This document shows, piece by piece, positions 30,902 to 36,220 of a DNA stretch of 36,220 bases; the first letter of the stretch is position 1, and every line of letters starts with the position of its first letter. This DNA is from Candidatus Eiseniibacteriota bacterium. GTDB lineage: Bacteria > Eisenbacteria > RBG-16-71-46 > CAIMUX01 > VGJL01. Position numbers and translations under genes: made by a program. The notes below the pieces were generated by a model that was not told the DNA's origin, did no database searches, and saw only the letters and a program-made list of their open reading frames with translations. Where the stretch lies: positions 1-36,220 of the forward strand of contig JBHGAY010000038.1 of the NCBI GenBank assembly GCA_041946735.1, given 5' to 3'.

Positions 30902-32839
30902 TCAGGCGCGCGTGAAGACGAGGATGGAGTTCGCGGGGATCGTAACGCGCGCGGAGGCCGGCATGTCGTGGCGGCCCGGACCGTCCGCGTAGATCGCGCC
31001 GCCGTTACCGGTTCCCCACGGGTTGACCCAGTGATCATAGACGTCGCTGTTGAACGACTCGTTCCAGCGTCCCCCCGACGGCATTCCGATCTCGTAGCCG
31101 TACTGGGTCCCGTCGGAGAAGCTCGCGAGGACGACGACGTCCCGCCCTTCCCACGGGACCCACCGGTGGAAGGCGAGGACGCGATTGCGATTGTGCACGT
31201 GGATCACCCGGAACCCCTCGGACCGGAGCGCCGGCTCGCGGAAGCGCAAGGCGATCGCCTCGCGCGCGAAGCGAAGGAAGTCCCGCTGCGAAGGATCCGC
31301 GGACCCCAGGCCATCCCAGTAGATCCGCATGTCGTTGTGGTGGCCGATGTCGTCGGCCCACTGCTTGTCTTCGAGGAACTCCTGCCCCATGAACATCATC
31401 GGGATTCCGGGTGCCAGGAGGATGAGACCCAGCGCGACGCGGCTGCGGCTCCGCGCGTACCAGGAGTGGGGGTTCGAAGGATCGGCGAGCCGGGGGATCC
31501 GCCAGTCGCGGCCGTAGTAGACCTCGTCGTGGTTCTCGATGCACTGGACGGCACGCCACGCAGCGTCGAGGCTGGGCGCGCGCAAGCTGCGGGCGATCGA
31601 GTCCATGTCGACCGGGTGGCCTCCAGGCCACGAGACTTCCCGCACGACCGCGCGGATACTGTCCCGCAGGCCGTCGTGTAGGATCGTCTCGAACCCCGCG
31701 CCCCCTTCCTCGCGTCGCTTCACGACCCAAGGGTCGACGGGCCAGTACTCCGCGTGATCGATCCCCTCGGGCTTCTCCGCCCGTGTCGTCCCCGTCAGGT
31801 CCTGGCAGAATGTCCAGCCGCTCGACTGGTTTTCCTGCACGAGAACACTGACCTGGTCGTACCGAAAGCCGTCGACATGGTATTCCCGCAGATAGAAGAC
31901 AGCGTTGTCGATCAGGAACTGGCGCACCTCGCGCTTCCACATTGCGAAGACGAGCCCACCCGCATGACCGCGATCGAGGAAGTAGAGGGACCGATTGGGA
32001 TCGTCGTCACGGTCGCGATCGAAGAAGTAGATGCTTTCGTCGTCGAAGCCGCCGCCCGCGTGGTTGTAGACGACGTCAAGGATCACCGCCATGCCGTACA
32101 AGTGGCAGAGATTGACGAGCATCTTCAGTTGGTTGAGCGGTCCCCAGAGCGTTTTGGGGGAAACTTCGGGCTTGCCCTTCGCGCGCAGCAGCCGGTTCAC
32201 CGTCGCCAAATGGGGGGCGAGGTCTTCGCGGGGAACGCCGAAGTCCATCTCGGGCGAGAAGTAGTCCGTTCCGTTGTACCCCATGCTGAACATGCTCTGG
32301 AACTCGACGATCGGCAGCAGCTGCAGGCACGTGATCCCGAGATCGTCCAGGTACTCGATCTTCTCGATCACGTCGAGGAAGGTCCCGGCGCGATGCGGCC
32401 AGGCGGGCGTGTAGAACGTCCCGACGTGGAGCTGATAGACGACGAAGTCGTGGAAGTACGGGGTGCGATACTCCTGGTCGGCCCAGGGGAAGCGGGGAGA
32501 GCGGATGCAGCAGTTGCTCTTCGGCCAGTCGGACGTCAGCTCTCGGGCGTAGGGGTCCCGCTTGAACCCTTCGCTGCCGTGTCCGACCACGTAGAACTTG
32601 TACTCGTGGAACTCCCGCGCTCCGTCGAAGAAGCCGGCCCAATAGCCGTCCGCGTCGCGATGGAGCAGGGAGTCGCCGGATCGGCTCCAGTCGTTCCAAT
32701 CCCCGAGGGCATGGACTTCGACCGCGTTCGGTGCCCAGACTCGGAAGGTTGCGCCGAGGACCACGCCGCTCCCCGGCGCCTCTACGAGGTTCGCCCCCAT
32801 CGGGGTGGACGAGGAGATGTGTTCGAGCGAGGCCGGCAT
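30902..32839 (-). CDS. GH13 alpha-amylase-family enzyme with N-terminal CBM48 (GlgB/TreZ-like)
   Basis: ATFRVWAPNA, YQLHVGTF, LDVVYNH, DGFRYD, HAEYW, IENHDE, PMMFMGQEF. ATG 32839 follows GGAGG. Confidence 0.9.
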   Translation of the reverse strand: MPASLEHISSSTPMGANLVEAPGSGVVLGATFRVWAPNAVEVHALGDWNDWSRSGDSLLHRDADGYWAGFFDGAREFHEYKFYVVGHGSEGFKRDPYARELTSDWPKSNCCIRSPRFPWADQEYRTPYFHDFVVYQLHVGTFYTPAWPHRAGTFLDVIEKIEYLDDLGITCLQLLPIVEFQSMFSMGYNGTDYFSPEMDFGVPREDLAPHLATVNRLLRAKGKPEVSPKTLWGPLNQLKMLVNLCHLYGMAVILDVVYNHAGGGFDDESIYFFDRDRDDDPNRSLYFLDRGHAGGLVFAMWKREVRQFLIDNAVFYLREYHVDGFRYDQVSVLVQENQSSGWTFCQDLTGTTRAEKPEGIDHAEYWPVDPWVVKRREEGGAGFETILHDGLRDSIRAVVREVSWPGGHPVDMDSIARSLRAPSLDAAWRAVQCIENHDEVYYGRDWRIPRLADPSNPHSWYARSRSRVALGLILLAPGIPMMFMGQEFLEDKQWADDIGHHNDMRIYWDGLGSADPSQRDFLRFAREAIALRFREPALRSEGFRVIHVHNRNRVLAFHRWVPWEGRDVVVLASFSDGTQYGYEIGMPSGGRWNESFNSDVYDHWVNPWGTGNGGAIYADGPGRHDMPASARVTIPANSILVFTRA

Positions 32840-33000
32840 CGTGCCCTCCATGGCGACAACGGAACGGCGGAAGATAGGAGTCTTCCGCCGCAGGCGTCAA
32901 TCCGTTCCGCTGTCCGGCTCCCTCGCTTCCCCCCTGATCGACGCGTCCCGGGCCGGTTGGGCGAACTCGTGTGGCCGAAGCGCCGGGGAATCGGCTGCGA

Positions 33001-35277
33001 CTACGGCAGCATCACGATCCGCACGGTCTGTGCCTGCACCTGCGCCTGCGCCTGTTCCGATCGCCCGGCCACAGGCGTGACGCGCGCCATGTAGACGCCG
33101 GGCGCGACCCGTCGCCCCGTATCGTCACGCCCGTCCCACAGCACCTCCCGGGCACCGTCATTCCCAGGCCCATCCAAGAGCGTACGCACGCGACGGCCCG
33201 ACACATCGAACACCGTCGCGCTGGCTATCACGATCGCGCCGCCGTTCACGTCGAGCCGGATCGCGGTCCCGCCACCACCGGCGCTCGCCAGAAGGGTCCG
33301 GACGCCAACCCCTGCGTGCGTCGCAGTCGCGCCGTCGAGCGGCAGGCACTGTGCCGGCAAGATTTGAAGCGTCCAGTCGGAGGCGACACAGAGATACTCC
33401 CCCATGACCGCCATGCCGCGCGGTTCGCCGGGCATGGCCGCGGAGCCAAGGATGCGGAGGTCGGTCGGGTCGGTAGCGTCGAGCACCTGGAGGCCATGGC
33501 CATGCTGCCAGCCGTTCGCGCTGTCCCCGACGTACACCACCGGGCCATCGATGGTCACCGACATCGCGCAGTCCGTCGTGAAGCTCTCGACGACTTGCGG
33601 AGCCGTGGGATCTACAAGATCGACGACGTGAATTCCCACGTTGTCGTCGGAGACGAAGACGTAGCGGCCGCCGGCCGAGACGGCCACGCCGGTCGGGTTC
33701 CCCCCGGGCAGTTCGAGCTGACCCAGGATGCGCGGCTGCCGGCTGGCGGCATCGATCACGACGAGGAGCCCGTGACTGATCGGCCAATTGCCGATTCGGG
33801 CCAGGACGCACGCGTGGTTACCGGCGACCGCCAGGGCCATCGTCGCGCCGGCCCATCCCGACGTGTAGGCCGCCAGGCGGGGCGCTATGGGATTCCGGAC
33901 GTCGACGATGTCGAGCCGTCCCTCTCTTTCGGCCACGTAGACATGGCCGCCCCCGTAGGCGGCGCACACGGCGTCGACCAGATCCAGGTTCGCAATCAAC
34001 TCGGGACTCTGTGGATTGCCGAGATCGACGACCTGGAGACCGGGATTCCCATCGGCGACGTAGGCGTAGGAGCCCGAGCAGCTCACGGAATGGGCGAGGC
34101 CCGGCGTGTCAACAGAGCCGACGAGCTCGGGATGGGCGGGATCCGAGACATCGACGACGTCGAGCCCGTCCTCTTCCTCCGCGACGCAGGCGTAAGCGCC
34201 GCAAACCGACACCCCCTGTCCCCATCCGTGAGTCAATGTCCGTCCGATCATCTCCACGCCCTGCGTGCTCGTAACGTCGATCGCGTCCAGGCGGTAGACC
34301 TGTAGGACATAGGCGCGTGAGCCGGAGAGCGCGACGCGGAGCCCGAGGACCGAGGCGAGGCCGCCGTCGAGCACCGGATTCGTCGGGTCGGTCAGATCCG
34401 CGACCAGCAGCCCACCCGATCGACCGGCGGCGTACAGCTTTCCTCCGGCGACGAGCAAGTCGTAGACGTAGTCGGGCAGATCGCTGATCTCGCCGACGAT
34501 CCGGGGATCGGACGGATCGGACACGTCCACGACATCGATTGTGCCGTATGTGCCGATGTAGGCGTAATCGCCGCTCACCGACACCGACCACCAGTGATAC
34601 GGAGTCTCTAGTCTGCCGGCGAGAAACGGCTCATGGGGATCGGAGATGTCCACGATGAGCAGGCCTCCGCCTCCCGTGCTCGGCACGATGTAGGCGCGTT
34701 CGCCCGAGACGACGAGCCGCTTCAAGGTGTAGGGCCAGAGAGCGATGTTCTCTACGACCTGCGGGTGCGCGGGATCGTGGATGTCGACGATGGTCATCCC
34801 GCCCTGGTGGCCGACCGTGTATGCGTAGTCGCCTTGGATCTCCACGTCCCAGGCGAACGGAGTGGCGACCGAACCAATCAGCCGTGGAGTCGAAGGGTCG
34901 GAGATGTCGACCATCTGAAGGCCGGCCGCGCCATCGGCGACGACGGCCAGGGACCCGGAGATCGCGACGTCCTCCGCAGATCCCTCGGCTGAGCCAGGGG
35001 TCTCGAGCTGCGCGACGATGCGGAGGTCGAGCGGGTCCGAGATGTCGATCACCTGGAGGCTGCCGCGCCAGGGACTCGGGCCCACCCCTGCGACGTAGGC
35101 GTAGTCTCCGGAGATCGAAAGGCCTTGCGCATAGACGGGCAGGGACAGTCCCCCGGCCCAGCGCATGTAGTCGCGGTAGTCGATGCAGCCAGCGGAGGCG
35201 GGGTTGGGGAGCGCGACCGGGAGGACGATGCCGAAGCAAGCGAGCACGGAGACGAGGACGGGAAGTGCGGCTCTCAT
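33001..35277 (-). CDS. Secreted LVIVD-repeat protein with C-terminal FlgD-Ig domain (paralog of 20483..22732)
   Basis: Repeats of YAYVADG..GLQ.VDISDP; C-terminal FDVSGRRVRTL..WDGRDDTG..GVY. ATG 35277 follows AAGGAG. Confidence 0.9.
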   Translation of the reverse strand: MRAALPVLVSVLACFGIVLPVALPNPASAGCIDYRDYMRWAGGLSLPVYAQGLSISGDYAYVAGVGPSPWRGSLQVIDISDPLDLRIVAQLETPGSAEGSAEDVAISGSLAVVADGAAGLQMVDISDPSTPRLIGSVATPFAWDVEIQGDYAYTVGHQGGMTIVDIHDPAHPQVVENIALWPYTLKRLVVSGERAYIVPSTGGGGLLIVDISDPHEPFLAGRLETPYHWWSVSVSGDYAYIGTYGTIDVVDVSDPSDPRIVGEISDLPDYVYDLLVAGGKLYAAGRSGGLLVADLTDPTNPVLDGGLASVLGLRVALSGSRAYVLQVYRLDAIDVTSTQGVEMIGRTLTHGWGQGVSVCGAYACVAEEEDGLDVVDVSDPAHPELVGSVDTPGLAHSVSCSGSYAYVADGNPGLQVVDLGNPQSPELIANLDLVDAVCAAYGGGHVYVAEREGRLDIVDVRNPIAPRLAAYTSGWAGATMALAVAGNHACVLARIGNWPISHGLLVVIDAASRQPRILGQLELPGGNPTGVAVSAGGRYVFVSDDNVGIHVVDLVDPTAPQVVESFTTDCAMSVTIDGPVVYVGDSANGWQHGHGLQVLDATDPTDLRILGSAAMPGEPRGMAVMGEYLCVASDWTLQILPAQCLPLDGATATHAGVGVRTLLASAGGGGTAIRLDVNGGAIVIASATVFDVSGRRVRTLLDGPGNDGAREVLWDGRDDTGRRVAPGVYMARVTPVAGRSEQAQAQVQAQTVRIVMLP

Positions 35278-36162
35278 TGCGGTTCCTCTCCTTTCCATCC
35301 GGAGGAACCTGGGTCTCTCTCGGAACTGCGAAGAGGCGGAGATGATGGCGCAAGAAGTGTATCAGAGGGACAACGAGCCCGAGCGTCAAATCGCCGGCAC
35401 GCCCGGCCGTCGGGGGAGCGAGGGGACCGGATCTCGCGCGTTGAGGCGGTGGCTCGCTGTGTAGAAAAGCCTAGCGCCAAACACCGGCAAGGGGCCGCAT
35501 AGAGGACGTCGTTCGCATGCTGCACGTCCGACACCTCGAACAGACTAGTCATCGGGGCTTCGATCCGCAGACGCTCGGGCGTCGTGGCGAACAGCGGGTC
35601 ACCCTGCCAGAGAAGGCCGAAGGTGTAGTCGGGATCTCCGAGTTCTCCTTCTGACACGTCCTGACATGTCGTCGGAATTCGGGCGTTCGCGCGCGTCCGG
35701 CCGGGCGGGCGTCGAAAGCTCGACGACGAGAACGCGTCGCCATGCTGTTCGCAGGCCGTCGAATGCAGCATCGACGCGTGCGCGGCTCGTCCCGAGACCG
35801 TCGAGAGCGGCCCCAAGAAGGTCTTCTCGTATTCGCCCGTCGTCGAGGGCAACTCGGTCCGATCCGTCCGGCGCTCGACGCGGGGCCGTCACCGCAACGA
35901 CGCGTCTCGGCACCGTTCTGCCGATGGCGAACCGAGCGGGGGCGGGTGGACGCGGCGTTCGACCGTCGCGGAACGACGATCCCGGACGTCGATGTCGCGT
36001 TCGCCCGGATTCTCGAGACTCGTGAGCTCCCCCGGGGCATGATTCGTCAGACCCTTGATCACACGGCGAGCGCGCTTCAGACTCCGGACCGTCGCAGACG
36101 GCGACATTGGGGTACCTCCTTGTGGTGGTTGGTTGCCTCACCTGGAGCTACCCCTTCCTCTT

Positions 36163-36220
36163 TGAACCGCCCCGGGTTCTCCGGAGACCAGATTACGTGA
36201 CTCCCGCCAGTTCGGCCGGG
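36163..36220 (-). mobile_element. Right end of an IS3-family (IS51 group) insertion sequence; element continues beyond the window
   Basis: TGAACCGCCCCGGGTTCTCCGGAGAC resembles the IS6110/IS629-type terminal repeat. A minus-strand frame ..PAELAGVT-TAA ends at 36193, just inside it, as expected for the transposase C-terminus. Confidence 0.85.

Overview
GC-rich bacterial window. Five secreted proteins ending in a FlgD-Ig/T9SS-type-A-like C-terminal domain suggest an FCB-related lineage such as Ca. Eisenbacteria (inference only). The left part (1-20.1 kb) is mostly housekeeping: fahA with an uncharacterised partner gene, a TPP-riboswitch-controlled thiO-thiS-thiG-thiE operon, a HAD phosphatase, a fused 2-oxoacid dehydrogenase E1 alpha/beta, divergent ctaA/ctaB, and a separate thiC whose long structured leader lacks a TPP aptamer. 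The right part (20.4-36.2 kb) looks accessory: two paralogous LVIVD proteins, SHOCT, SDR, a beta-helix protein, an acyl-CoA/ACP ligase, a GH13 enzyme, a frameshifted hydrolase remnant and the end of an IS3-family element at the window edge. The best candidate for an undescribed system is 27183-29122. It consists of a two-fold symmetric four-way-junction leader (two identical 22-nt arms) abutting the RBS, a protein built from proteasome/cyclosome (PC)-like repeats, and a stand-alone sigma-70 region-4 HTH protein. A non-coding 43-bp tandem array runs off the left edge.
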